Notes: generated from the letters alone by a model not told the origin. A stretch of DNA of 64,000 nt from Octopus vulgaris (GCA_951406725.2 OX597824.1:43090001-43154000), one strand, 5' to 3'; positions 12,940-26,840 are shown, counted from the stretch's first letter. Translations and numbers: made by a program.

Positions 12940-13580
12940 TTCTACACCAGTACCACGAGCGCCGCCGTCAACATCATCACCATCACTACAATCATTACCA
13001 TCGTTATTTCATCATTACCAACACCACTACCACCGTAATCGGTACCATTGTCAGATTCACGTTGAAAACCACCACCAATACTTGCCGCCATCGCCACCGC
13101 CGCCGCCACCACCACCGTCACCGCCGCCACCGCCACCACCGCCACCATCATCATCAAAAACCATCACCACCACCATCTTCATCAGCACCACCACCACCAA
13201 CATCATCACCACCACCACCACCAGCAGTATCATTACCACCACCACCATCATTATCACCACCACAACCACCATCACCATCACTACCATCACCGCCACAACC
13301 ACCACCATCATCACCATCACCACCATCACCTCCACCACCACCATCATCACCATCACCACCATCGCCACCACCACCACCACCACCATCGCCACCACTGCGA
13401 CTCCAGCTTCCATCGCTACCACCAACACCACCGCCACTACCAGTCACATCTGCCACCATCACCACAATCATCACTGGCGCCGCAATTATTACCACAACCA
13501 TCAGCCGCACCACCAGCATCACCATCAAAACAACAACTATCACCATCCACCACCTGTAGTACCGTCACCTTCCCCACCCG
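12940..13580. repeat. Degenerate (CAC/CAT/CGC)n trinucleotide tract
   Basis: Directly visible; similar tracts at 10000-10440, 15790-17220 and 53220-54450. Confidence 0.9.
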
Positions 13581-13805
13581 CCTGATATTAATAGAAAAGT
13601 AATTTATGCCATTAGCCAATTAGAGTTACTTCCCTTGGCTCATTTGTTTTTTTATTTAGAGTTTTGCTCATTTTACTGACTAAAATTATTCGTAACATAT
13701 TTTCAATGTGTGTGTGTGTGTATATATATGAATATGTATCTATCTCTCTCTTTCTCTTTGTCTCTCTCTTTCTGTCTGTCTGTCTGTCTGTCTGTCTGTA
13801 TGTCC

Positions 13806-13901
<96 letters not shown>

Positions 13902-13984
13902 ATATATATATATATTTATATCCGTGTGTGTGTGCGAGAGAGAGAGAGAGAGAGAGTAGAGAGAGTGTGTGTGTAAAGTGATGC

Positions 13985-14365
13985 TGAGAGCCATCCTGGA
14001 TATCACTCAAACTAACTCGTATTAAACCACTCGCAGACATGCTCTGGCCTCTTACCCACTCACTGTCTTTTCTGTTGCTACTATAATGTTCATCAAAGCC
14101 GACTGGTCTCCTACACCCACTCACTGTCCAAAATCTCCAGCCCACTTGTCTTTCCACGTCTCGTCACACTTTGTGCGACCACGTCCCTCGGCTCCGCACT
14201 AATCGTTATCCCCAACCGTTTTTCCCCAGAGCCTCTACCATCTGGAATCTTCTCCCTGGATATTGTCTTTCCTGCAGGTATTGACCTGCAACCGTGTAAA
14301 CGGAACATGAACGGCGTCAAATCCACCGGTGTCCGAGGACCTGCAAAGGTCATCAGCAAAGCTCC
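13985..14365 (+). mobile_element. LINE 3' fragment (CR1/Jockey-like RT C-terminus)
   Basis: Reads RTNRYPQPFFPRASTIWNLLP, then after a frameshift VFPAGIDLQPCKRNMN, matching the FFPR..LWN.LP..VFP motif. Confidence 0.7.
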
Positions 14366-14804
14366 TTCATACACACACGTGTCTACACATACGCGCGCGC
14401 CCACACAGATGTATTTTTAAATGGAAAACTTGGCAGTGACTTCGAAGTTTCGGCTTGCTCGCTTTTGTGACAAGCATTAATGCATGTATGTGTATGCATG
14501 TGTTTGTGTATGTGTGTGTATATGTGTGTGCGTGTATGTGTATTATCTTGAAGATTAACAGCCAGAAACAAACCCACAGTTGTCGACCCCTGCTTGCAAA
14601 CAAAGATCAGATTTCCCTTCCCTTAATCGTTTAACGTAACTTTGAGAAAATAATTAATGCCTTGAAATTATCTCCCCCTTTTCCTTCAGTGTCGCTAATA
14701 ATTACTGTCAAATTATTATTCTTTATTTTATTGATTTTTTTGTTGTTTTCTTACCCCAACTAAAAAGAAATATTTCAGTTCAGTTAGAATGTTCTTTATT
14801 CTAT

Positions 14805-14840
<36 letters not shown>

Positions 14841-15460
14841 TACATTCTTTATTCAGTGCATTTCCAATTTCTTTTTATTCTGGAAATAATTCTATGGTGA
14901 CACAACAACAACGACAACAAGTTTGAAGTTAGCTATAACAATATAAGAAGGAAAATAAAATACACAAACACCAACAGCAGAAACAACAAAAAAATTTATA
15001 ACCACAAAGATAACTCATAGCAATGGCAAAACTTACGAAATACTTTGGCTTATAGAGAAGCCGGTCAATACTATCACGATACCACGGCCACCACTACTAG
15101 TACCACCACCACCACCACCACCAATAACAACTTCATTATCATCACTAACAATAGCATTCCTAAAAATCGAACCAGAATGATCGTCTGCGTAGTCACTCGA
15201 TCTGCTAGAAATAGCAGTGAAATTTCTCAAATCCTGGCCCCCATTGTGAATAATGTGATATTGGTTTTTTCGGTATACTGAAGAAACAGATGGTATGGCC
15301 ATGGTTTGAATATTTTGCTCGATCTGATTTGACCTGGAGCTAAATAACAACAAATCCACTCAAAATATAAACCTTTTTACTGTAACAAGCCGATCAGCAA
15401 TATACTAGCACCACAACCACCACCATCACTACCACCACGACTACAACAGCAACAACAACA

Positions 15461-15789
15461 AACTGGCACTCCGTCCGATACGACGACGAGGGTTCTAATT
15501 GATCCGATCAACGGAACAACTTGCTCGTGAAATTAACGTATAAAAGGCTGAGTACTCCACAGACATGCGTACCCTAAATGCAGTTTTCAGGGAGATTCAG
15601 CGTGACACAGAATGTGACAAGACTGACCCTTTTGAGATACCGGCTCTATGTATTTTTGCCAGTTGGGTGGACTAGAGCAATGTGAAATACAGCGTCTTAG
15701 TTCAAGGGCACAACGCGCTGCCAAGTATCGAACTGACGACCTTACGATCGTGAGCCGAATACCCTAACCACTAAGCCATGCGCCTTCAC
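15461..15789 (-). mobile_element. tRNA-derived SINE, family C
   Basis: Minus head GAAGGCGCATGGCTTAGTGGTTAGGG..AGTTCGATAC; body matches 51273-51590 and 50558-50813. Confidence 0.88.
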
Positions 15790-15934
15790 TCCATCACCAG
15801 CATCACCACTACCACCACCACAACAACAACCACAATTATTGCTGCATTAATGCTGCTGCTACTACTACTACTACGACTACTACTATTACCAGTTCTATGA
15901 CTACTACCAGCACCACAACCACCACCATCTCCTT

Positions 15935-15966
<32 letters not shown>

Positions 15967-16912
15967 TTACCACACTAGATCTTTACCACTATCATCACCA
16001 TCACCATCAGCAGCAGCAAAATTACCACCACTACTATACTATCACCGTTAGCCTCCCCACCCGTTCTCACGCTTCCCACTTCACTCCAGCATCATTACCA
16101 CAAACATAGCGACTAACACCTTGAACTACCATCACTTACATTGCAACTAATTCCGACACCACCACCACCGCCACCATCGTCACTATCATCACCCCCCTCC
16201 ACTCCTAACACCATTTTTTTCTAATACCACTATAATCACCAACTACCACCCTTTTCTACCTCCTACCGCCTTTACTCACAGCACCATCAGCACCATCAAC
16301 CAGCCAACCAGCTGAAAGTCAACCATCACAGCCACCACCACTGACACCACTTACGTTGCGACTAATCGCCATCACCACAACCACCACCACCACCACCACC
16401 ATTGTCACCCCTGATATTGCGACTGTATCGTTCACCACCCGCAAATGCACTCCAACAACGGTCACCATGACTAATATCGCCGCCGCCGCTAAAAACCACC
16501 ACTACCATCACTACCGCTGCCACCACCATCACAACCACCACCACTACCACCACCACCACTACTACCACCACCACCATCACCACTATCATCATCGCCACTA
16601 CGGCCATCACCAACACGACCAAAGCCATTACGGCTAACACCCTCACTACCACCACCACCAATACAACCGCAGCCATCATGACTAAACCTCGCCACCACCA
16701 CCATAATCACCATCACCATCATCATCATCATCATCAACATCACTATCATCAACACCACCATCTTCAACATCACCATCATCAGCATCACCATCATTAACAT
16801 CACAAATTATATCACCACCACCACCACCACCACCACCACTGCCATTACCACCATTACCGTCATCATCAGCGTAACCTCAACCAGCACAGCCGTCATAACT
16901 GAACTGAACCTC

Positions 16913-16965
<53 letters not shown>

Positions 16966-17789
16966 GCACGCACGCACGCACACACACACTCACACACACT
17001 CACACACAGCTACCCAACTATCGTCGCTATCCCCACCACTGACGCCAACACCAACACCACCACCAACACCAACCAACAGTCATTGCTACCACTGCAACCA
17101 CCACCTCCGCCACCACCACCGCCATCACCACTGCCGTTGCCATTCCCATCGCTCCCACCACCACCACCACCACCACCACATCCACCATCATCCACCATCA
17201 TCCACAACCACGACACTTATACACCGACAGACTACTGCACTGGTTATACCAGTTGCTTCTTTAGTCGCTGCAGTAGTTTAGCCGATGCAGTCATTGCTAC
17301 TGCAGTAGTTTACACTATTGTGAATGAGGCGGTGTTTGTAGTAGAGAAGGGGTTGGTGAAGCGGGACTCTGGACAGGGATGTTAACAGTAGCGTGGTATC
17401 GGAGGTAGTTTAAGTAGTGGTATTGGGGCTAGTTTAAGTAGTGGTATTGATTTTAATGTAGCGGTGGTGTTATTCGCATTGTGGCGTTCATGTTAGTGTT
17501 TTTATTTGAGTAGTAGTGCTGCGGTGGTGTTGATGGTGTAGTGGTATTCACGGTGGTGCAGTGATATTGACGATTTAGTGGTATTAGAAATACCATTACT
17601 GTTAACAGACAAGTGGTATTGGTGGTAGTGGAGTGGTGTTGATGGTGGTGTAGTGGTTTTGGTCGAGTGATAGATTTGTTTGTACAGTGGTATTGGTGGT
17701 AGTTTTCTTTGTGATGTAATGGTAGTGGTATAGTGATATTGATGGTAAAAGAGTGGTGTTGGCGGGTGTGTTCTGTGGTTATGGTAGTA

Positions 17790-17965
17790 ACGTGGTATTG
17801 GTGATAATGGTATCGGTGATAGTGGTATTGGTGATAGTGGTATTGGTGATAGTGGATTTGGTGGCGGTGTTTTGTGATTATGCTGGTAACGTTGTATTGG
17901 TGATAGTAGTATTGGTGATAGTGGTATTGGTGATAGTGGTATTGGTGATAGTGGTATTGGTGATA
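17790..17965. repeat. 15-bp minisatellite (TAGTGGTATTGGTGA)n
   Basis: Several perfect units, with degenerate units extending back to ~17400. Confidence 0.9.
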
Positions 17966-18055
17966 GAGGTGTTTTACGATTATGGTGATGTCGTAGTATT
18001 GATGATAGTGAGACTGATATCGATGATTGTTGCTAATGATGGTGCAGAGGGGTTA

Positions 18056-18416
18056 ATAATGGTTTTCAAATTTTGGCACAGGACCAGCGGTTGTTGAGGG
18101 GGAGAGCTAAGTCGATGGCATCAACCCAAGTACATGACTGGTACGGACTTCATCGACTCCAAAAGGAGTCGACCAGTAATGTTAATGTAGATTTGGTGTA
18201 AAGCGACCAGATGGAAGAATCGTTACTGCGCCGGGGAAAATGCTCTGCGGCATTTCGTCTGTCTTTAAGTTCTGAGTTCAAATTCCGCCGAGATCGACTT
18301 TGCCTTTCATCCGTTTCGATGTCGACAAAATAACTTCCAGTTGAGTACTGGCGTCGATGTAATTGACTTATCCCATCCCCTGATATCGCTGGCCTTATGC
18401 CAAAATTTAAAACCAA
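18056..18416. mobile_element. Two family-B SINEs in inverted orientation
   Basis: 18056-18170 is a minus-strand 3' part; 18200-18416 is a plus copy with GAGTTCAAATTCCGCCGAG. Confidence 0.8.
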
Positions 18417-18844
18417 TATAGATCTGATATTGGTTGTCTTGCTTGTAGTTGTGTACTCATGTTGATAATAGTAGTGCTATTGTCGTTGTTGTTGTTGGTG
18501 GTGGCGGTGGTGGTAGTCGTAGTTCAGGAGTGTAAGAGGTGATGCAGAAAGTGATTGGGAGACCGGTGTTTGTGGTGTACGTAATTTTGGTAACAGAGTG
18601 GTTATTTCCGATGGCGACGTAGTGTTGTTAATAACAGAAATCTAGACTGTGACGTTGACGATAGCGGTCCTATTTATACCTTAGACGAAATTGTTCACCA
18701 AATTGAGCTACAATTGTAAGTAAAAACAAAAGTAATGATCGCGATAGAGTAATTTTAGTTACTGTTATATTCACATCCATTAACATCATTTATTCCCTGA
18801 CAATGGCATGTGTCTATAGGTATTCAAATATCCACTGCATCGCA

Positions 18845-18917
<73 letters not shown>

Positions 18918-19174
18918 CACACGCACACACACGCACATATTATGTGTGTGTTATATGTATGCGTATCTATCAGAAAACAAAATACAGAGTGAATCTGGTC
19001 GGCCATGTTTTCACGCAACTACGATCGTCAGGAGAAGAACTGCGAAATAAACTTTCTATGTGAATATAGCTTCTACTCAACAAAATATATTGAGTACTCT
19101 TCTTCCGTTCAACAAAATGCAATGATTGTATTATGCTTATATATATGCATATGTATGTATCCGTATATATACGC

Positions 19175-19533
19175 TTTTACTCTTTACTCTTTTACTTATT
19201 TCAGTCATTTGACAGCGGCCATACTGGAGGACCGCCTTTAGTCGAGCAAATCGACCCCAGGACTTATTCTTTGTAAGCCTAGTACTTATTCTATCATCTC
19301 TTTTGCCGAACCGCTAAGTTACAAGGACGTAAACACACCAGCGTCGGTTGTCAAGCGATGTTGGGGGAACAAACACACGCAAACATATACATATACATAT
19401 ATACGACGGGCTTCTTTCAGTTTCTGTCAACCAAATCCACTCACAATGCTTTGGTCGGCCTGAGGCTATAGTAGAAGACACTTGCCCAATGTGCCACGCA
19501 GTGGGACTGAACCCGGAACCATGTGGTTGGTAA
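19175..19533 (-). mobile_element. SINE family A, 5' end missing
   Basis: Collinear with 11235-11590. Confidence 0.9.
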
Positions 19534-19619
19534 GTATATTGATAGATATACATACATATATGCACTATCTCGATTTCTAGGATTTACAGGTCAGGTTACC
19601 AAGTTCTCATGACGCATAA

Positions 19620-19815
19620 GTGACCGAGATCACACCAATCCCCGTCAACGGGACACCAGTCTGTCGCAGGTTTACTCGTTTACAGCTCAATGAACTGGTG
19701 CATCGTGGAATGAAGTGTTTTGCTCAAGAACAGAATGCACCACTCTGTCCGGGAATCGAAACTACAATCTACGATCGTGAGCTTAACACCCTAACCACTA
19801 GGCTACGAGCCTTCA
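19620..19815 (-). mobile_element. SINE with a family-C-like head, diverged
   Basis: Minus head GAAGGCTCGTAGCCTAGTGGTTAGGG...GTTTCGATTCCCGG. Confidence 0.7.
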
Positions 19816-20438
19816 AATACATACAATATATATATTACATACGTCCGCACACTCACACACATATATGAGCACACACACACGCACGTATCCCTACATGATA
19901 CATGTATATGGACATGCATACATAAAAACACACATATATGCATAGATATATAAGCAGACTTCAGTTCGCATTCATGTTTGCAAATGCCCATGCGCAGACA
20001 TGTACATATATAATCTAAGGTTTAGGCAGTCTCTGACAGCTGCTTCTAGGACATCCCAGCTATTGAAACACAGTGTGAAGCGAAGATTCCATATGCTGAG
20101 TATTCAATTATTGGAGAGAGATAGGTTAAACATATGCAAAATGAAACTCCTCATCAATGATAGTCGTTGTAGTTCATTATGTCTAGACTGGAAGAAATCC
20201 AATTAAATCCAGTTAGAACGGGTATTAAATAAATCCATGATCAGGGAGAATGATTATTTAGTAATCCATGGCACAGAAAATGTATGTTAGCAGATACAAA
20301 GTTGGATAAATACTCAACATATGGAATCTTTGCTCGACACGACGTTCCAGCTGCCAGAGACTATCCAAACTATTTAGCTAAATTAAATGTCCTTGTCAAG
20401 TTTTGCCAAATTGTTTGCCTCTTCTTTTCCATTTTTAT

Positions 20439-20498
<60 letters not shown>

Positions 20499-20703
20499 AT
20501 GAACTTCATTAGCTTATTGCATGTTCTGAAAATGTAACTTTCTCAAATAAAGTGCACTTCAAATTCAAGGATGAAGCTATATGACGTTATCCTGGTACTC
20601 AACTAAGAGTCAACCACATCCTATAACAGAAACAGCTGTAAGGTAATGAAGTTCATTACTTGCTTATTTTAAGCGAAATATTAAAAAATATATGTATATA
20701 CAT

Positions 20704-20850
20704 CCGATGAAGAGCTATGCTTGAAACGTTAAACTCTCTCCTTTCACCGAGCGTCAGCTAACATACTTTGTGTGCACGTCCTAACGTTCGTTGTTTTACT
20801 TTCTTTTTTGTTTTTTATCCGCTTATTTAAATTGTTTATTTATTTTAATT
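20704..20850 (+). mobile_element. PLE terminal-repeat fragment with minimal hammerhead-like motif
   Basis: CCGATGA-A-GAGC-TAT-GCTT-GAAACGTT. The downstream GAGCGTCA..CACGTCCT body recurs inverted at 27800-27892 and in part at 30190-30282. Confidence 0.6.
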
Positions 20851-21562
20851 GACTATGTATGTGTGTGTAAGTATGTATGTCTGTATGTATGTATGTATGT
20901 ATGCTTGTATGTATGCATGTATATATGTTCCACGCTCAGGAAAAATGGAAGAATCTTTGACGTTTCGATTCTATGCTTGTGTATGTGTGGATAGGCAAGC
21001 ATGTGCGTGTGTATGAAGATTAAGTGAACATGTATATGGGTGTGTATTGGAACGTGCTTATGTATGTATGTTAGCAAACAAGTACGTGCGCGTGTGCGGA
21101 GCGATGTGTACGTGTGTGTTCTGTGTATTTATGCGTACGTGTGTGTGGAAAAGTGCATATGTGTGGGACTGAGGAAGGCTGTCTAACGTATATGTGAGGC
21201 TCTCAGATGTCTGTGTGTGTGTATGTGTATGTGCACGCGCGCGCAAACTTGTGTTTAGTAGCTAATATGTACGTGTATTTATGCGTGAATATTGTTTGAA
21301 TTTATGCGTATGTACGTGTGAGAGTGCGGGTCAGTGCGCGTCTCTGTGATCAGTTAGTGTATGTTTATGTGGTTGTTGGATAAAGTGTGTGCTTATGGAG
21401 TTGATATGTATGTGTATATTCTTGTGTAACAGGGCTGGCTGCACGCTTTGAAATGCAGGTATAATCCATCAGACATTCTTCTACAGGGTTTTTCTATCAC
21501 CTCAATTCCACTCAAAAGGTATGGATCAACCCAAGCCTACAGAAGATGACGTGTAGATGTAT

Positions 21563-21678
<116 letters not shown>

Positions 21679-21912
21679 ACATATATATATGTGTATACAT
21701 ATATGCATGTATGTATATATATCTATATATCTATATATATACAAATTGAGATAGGGGTTGTAAATGCAACCCTCCATGGGATAACATATATCCAATATAC
21801 TGCTAGTGAAGTACCCAACAAGGTTAATACATAAATGTTAAGGATTGCGATGCAATCAATTCATTTACTGTATTATATGGGCAAAGGTAAAATGTTTTAC
21901 CACAAATTCATA

Positions 21913-23094
21913 ATACAAAATAAGAAAATGGAGAAATACATCTAAATCAAATATCAATTACCAGATAATACTCAATCACATACTTTATTAAACCACCACA
22001 TAAGAAACTATAGGGTTAAACATAAAAAGGTAGAGCAAAACAGTGTACATAAAGGAGTATACATAAAAAAGTGTACATAAAAGAGTAATGTTATACAATA
22101 AGTAGAATATATATAAGAGAATATAAATATAGATTACATCTTACAGCTGTTTCGGCCATGATAAGGAACATTACAAACTTGAACTCGGACGTACATATGT
22201 GCAACTATGGATCCTTACGTAGTGTAAACAGAATGCTTGTACTTCATACTTCGTATGTATATGCGGATATTTAACACTTTACATGGTATTGTAGTACTAT
22301 TGTGACTATATTGCTAATAATGGAATCTATAAATTGTTTTTCTAGTATTAGCGTTATTAATAATAATATGAATGATGATATTGGTAGCATTAATGGTATT
22401 GACAATGATAATGATGCTAACCTTAATGACACTTTAGAAATTAGTAGGAATTAATATAATGTACTATTGACTCTGTATATCTGCATTTAGGTATTAATAT
22501 GTGTATGTTTATTATCACAGTATTAAGTTGAAAAACTGTAACATTGAATGTGGAACATATGTATGTTTACTAATTTATATTATTTCTATCATTATGTATA
22601 TGTATGTATTTATATGTATAGGAGTGTGAGTATATGCACTCATATGTGTATGTATATGATGTATTATGGGTATGTACCCGCACCCATATAGGTATATATA
22701 TAGACTGATTTATATCACATAATCTCTGAAGAGGCCTTATGATATTTTTGTAAATGTCTCATTTATAACTACATATTGACCTACCATAGAAGGCTAATAT
22801 GAGTAAAATGAGACATACTTATCTACATGGCCGAAACAGCTGTAAGATGTAATCTATATTTATATTTATATTTACTTATATTTATATTCTCTTATATATA
22901 TTCTACTTATTGTATAACATTACTCTTTTATGTACACTTTTTATGTATACTCCTTTATGTACACTGTTTTGCTCTACTTTTTTATGTTTAACCCTATAGT
23001 TTCTTATGTGGTGGTTTAATAAAGTATGTGTTTGAGTATTATCTGGTAATTGATATTTGATTTAGATGTATTTCTCCATTTTCTTATTTTGTAT
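21913..23094 (+). mobile_element. Non-autonomous PLE-like cassette with ~250-bp inverted repeats and a hammerhead
   Basis: 21913-22160 is the near-identical reverse complement of 22826-23094. The spacer has no ORF. HHR at 22722-22848. Confidence 0.85.
22722..22848 (+). ncRNA. Type I hammerhead ribozyme with very long stem II
   Basis: Stem I ATCT/AGAT; core CTGAAGA (22726-32); stem II closed by GGCC/GGCC; GAAA (22833-36); C-AGCT-G; TA with predicted cleavage after 22844. Confidence 0.8.
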
Positions 23095-23118
23095 CTCTCT
23101 CTCTCTCTCTCTCTCTCT

Positions 23119-23491
<373 letters not shown>

Positions 23492-23509
23492 TAACACACA
23501 CACACATTA

Positions 23510-23540
<31 letters not shown>

Positions 23541-24266
23541 TGTATGTATGTATGGATTATGTATGTATATATGTACATCTGTCCACTTCTTGCCATATTT
23601 TTATCCTTCACTTCCTACATATACACTCACACACACACACACACGCACGCACGCACACGCACACACACACCTTCTTAGCTTACAATTTTCTTTCAACAAT
23701 TGACAACTGAAGTACGCTTGCAAATTAATACTACGAAAACTTAGCGACAGAAAGTAAATTAAAAACCAATTTACCTTTTCTGTTGAGTTATCATTCTAAT
23801 TTGACCATCTGATTTCCTTAATCTAGGAGTGTGTTTTTTTTGTTATTTCTCGAGAAAGTTTTGTTTCCTCGACACTAAAAACTAACGGGAAGTAGACAAC
23901 AGTCCCAGTACAATTGGTGTAATAGTGTAACTCATAATGTGAGCGGCTAGCATCTACTCACCATATGTCAGTGAATTGTTCCTGTGTGTTTGCAAATGTG
24001 TTCGAATGAAAAGTGAACTGTGTTTGGCGTCTTTTTTACTAATAACAAACACACACACGTGTGTGCTTGAGTGTTTGTATGTAGCTGTTTGAAACGTTTG
24101 TGTTTGTCACTGTCATATATGTGTATGTTTGCGTGTCTATGTGTGTAAAGAGAAAATCGGAGAAAGTGTGATAATAGGCGGAGTAAAGCCTTTGAAGTGA
24201 GAGAGGGAAATCGTAAAATATTGAGTTTTCTCGAATTTTTGCTTAATTGGGGATCAAATTGAAAGA

Positions 24267-25416
24267 AATTTATACGAGGTATGGACTCGTACAAAGTTTG
24301 AATAATTTCTAAAGGAATTTTTGTCCATTCTTCAGCTAAAACAGTCTCCAATTCTTTTAGTGGTGATGGTGGAGGATATCGACTGCTTACTTGTTTTTTC
24401 TAAAATGCATCATAAATGTTCAATAGTATTGAGATCTGTGAACTGTGGTGGCCAGATAGGATGTTCAACGTCACTAGACTGTTCCTCGTACCATTCAGTA
24501 ACAACTTCAGCTGTGTAAATTGGTGAATTATCATCCTAAAAGATTGCGTTTCCCTCCGGAAGCAGTTGCGCGACCATAGGGGGAATTTGATCCGATAAAA
24601 TGCTTTAAAAGTCTTGAATATTAATTATGCCATAAATTAGGCTGGCGGATTTCCAAGATATAACCCTCCAGATCATCACAGATCATCCTTCATGTTTAAC
24701 ACTTGGAAGAAGGCAGTCTGGGTCAAATGCTTCTTTTGGCTGTCTCCACACGTATATTCGAACAGCGGTCGGAAATAAGGTAAAGGATGACTCATCCAAG
24801 AAAAGTATATTCGTCCACTGCTCTAGAGACCAATTCTGTAGGTTTTTACTCCACTCTAAACGTTTTGCAACGTTTGCTTTTGAAAGTAGTGGTTTTCTGA
24901 TTGCAGCCCTCCCGTGAAATCCGGCTTTGTGCAGCTTCCGGAACACAGTTTTTGTGGAAACTGGGTTCTCGAGGAGTCATTAAGCTTTGCAGTAATTTTG
25001 AGAGGTGTACTTTTGTAAGAGTCCGACGGTCCCTATCTGAAAAGTTTGGTTTTATTCCGTAGTTTTGTTTCGACGAGGAGGTTTTTCCCTCTTTCTCAAA
25101 GGCTGTGATTACTTTCAAGACAGTATTTCTTGATACACCAAGCATTTCGTCTGTTTTCGTTACGCTAGCGCTTGTAATAGGGGCACCAACTATTTAACCT
25201 CTTTGAAAGTCCGATAGGTCTGTCATTTTAATGAATTTTAACTGCTTTTTTCTGATGATATCTGAAAAGAAACAACAATTTTGGCAAAACATATTAAGCA
25301 ACACTAATAATAAATCAAAAAACCTTAAAAATAACCAAGCTTTTGACGGTTTTAAAGATACTGCAAAATTATGATGCTATGATGTTAGGTGTTTCCATTA
25401 TTTTGTCCAGCCCCTG
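24267..25416 (-). mobile_element. Tc1-family transposon, decayed, 3' TIR lost
   Basis: TA|CAGGGGCTGGACAAAATAATGGAAACACC TIR. Frameshifted transposase reads LHKAGFHGRAAIRKPLLS, WTNILFLDESSF, DDNSP and WPPQFTDLNTIEHLW (DD34E-type). Confidence 0.93.
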
Positions 25417-25438
25417 TATATATATATACATATATACG

Positions 25439-25500
<62 letters not shown>

Positions 25501-25559
25501 CATATATATACATATATATACATGCATACATACATGCATACATACATACATACATACAC

Positions 25560-25629
<70 letters not shown>

Positions 25630-25644
25630 TTATTGCATATATAA

Positions 25645-25850
25645 AGGCGGTGAAGGTCGAATCGTTAGTAAGCCAGGCCAAATGGTTAGCAGCATTTCGT
25701 CCCTCCTTACATTCGAAGTTCAGATTCCACTGAGGTTGACTTTGCTTTTTATCCTTTCGTCGTCGATAAAATAAGTACCAGCTGAGCACTGGGGGAGGTG
25801 GGGGTCAATGTAATTGACTTGCGCGTCTTGTGCCAAAATTTGAAATCAAT
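25645..25850 (+). mobile_element. SINE family B
   Basis: GAATCGTTAG..AAGTTCAGATTCC..TTTTATCCTTTCGTCGTCGATAAAATAAGTACCAG. Confidence 0.8.
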
Positions 25851-26389
25851 ATTTATTGCATATATACATATGGATTCTCCTGTCGATTTCGATCACCGGA
25901 CAAGTTACCTATTCAATGAGTTAGCGTACGAAGTCTTGCAAAGTATTCCACAGATTCTAGTGTATTACCCAGTTAACATTAGCATGACACAGTATGACAA
26001 AGCTGGTCTTTTGAAGGGCAAATACAGCTCACCTGATGCTATTCTACAGATTTTCCGACTGGCCGAATTCAATCGTACGGCCTAAGTTTACTGCAGTGAT
26101 ATAACTCAGATGGACCTAACCCAAGATCTTATGGGTGCAAATGAACCTTCGGTGTTGGCGTATATCTGTGTGTCAGACATATATGTTTTTTAATTTTTTT
26201 TATTTGTCTCAGACATTTGCCTACGGCCATACTGGGTTACCACATTGAAAGATTTAATTGACAAAATCGACCCGAGGATTTTCTTTTAAGCCAGGTATTC
26301 ATTTTAACGGCCTCCCTTGCTGAACCGCTAATTTACAGAGACTTAAATACACCAACATGTCAAACATGTATGTATGTATTTATTTTGCC

Positions 26390-26840
26390 TATATGTCTGT
26401 GCACACCTTTGAATGCAGTGTATGCCAGAAGGTTCGCAAATCCAACGGAGGCCTCAAGAGACATTTTAAGATCCACAAAGAGCAGAACTTATCTGCAGCT
26501 CTTGGTGGTCCAAATCGGAGGTGCAATCTATGTGGGCGTATTTTCAGAATATTGTCTGGTTTAAAAAGCCACATCAGATGCCATGATGGTGCTAAGGTGT
26601 AGGTACAGGTGATGGTGAAACTCTGCATAATGAGTTGGCAACCACCAACAACCATGTATGTATGTATGTATGTATGTATGTATGTATGTATGTATGTATG
26701 TATGTATGTATGTATGTATGTATGTATGTATGTATGTGTATGTGTGTGTACGTATGTAGGTAGGTAGGTACGTACGTACGTATATGTATGTATGTAGTAT
26801 GTATGTATGTATGTATGTATGTATGTATGTATGTATGTAT
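26390..26840 (+). mobile_element. RTE-type LINE 3' end: two C2H2-like fingers, short UTR, (TATG)n tail
   Basis: FECSVCQKVRKSNGGLKRHFKIH...CNLCGRIFRILSGLKSHIRCH..* with no TGEKP linker; the stop is followed ~50 bp later by (TATG)n. Confidence 0.65.

Noticed and set aside
13062-13585. Extensin- or mucin-like Pro/Thr/His-rich ORFs (also 9882-10539)
   Set aside because: Degenerate (CAC)n tracts, with no splice context or recognisable domain.
17790-17965. CRISPR-like array
   Set aside because: Contiguous tandem units without unique spacers, in eukaryotic context.
25250-25275. CTGATGA...GAAA as a hammerhead
   Set aside because: Lies in the Tc1 5' region; stems I and III do not form and the second Tc1 copy gives no support.
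26357-26602. Host C2H2 zinc-finger gene
   Set aside because: No TGEKP linker; the ORF start lies at the edge of a SINE fragment and a repeat tail follows, which fits a LINE 3' end better.
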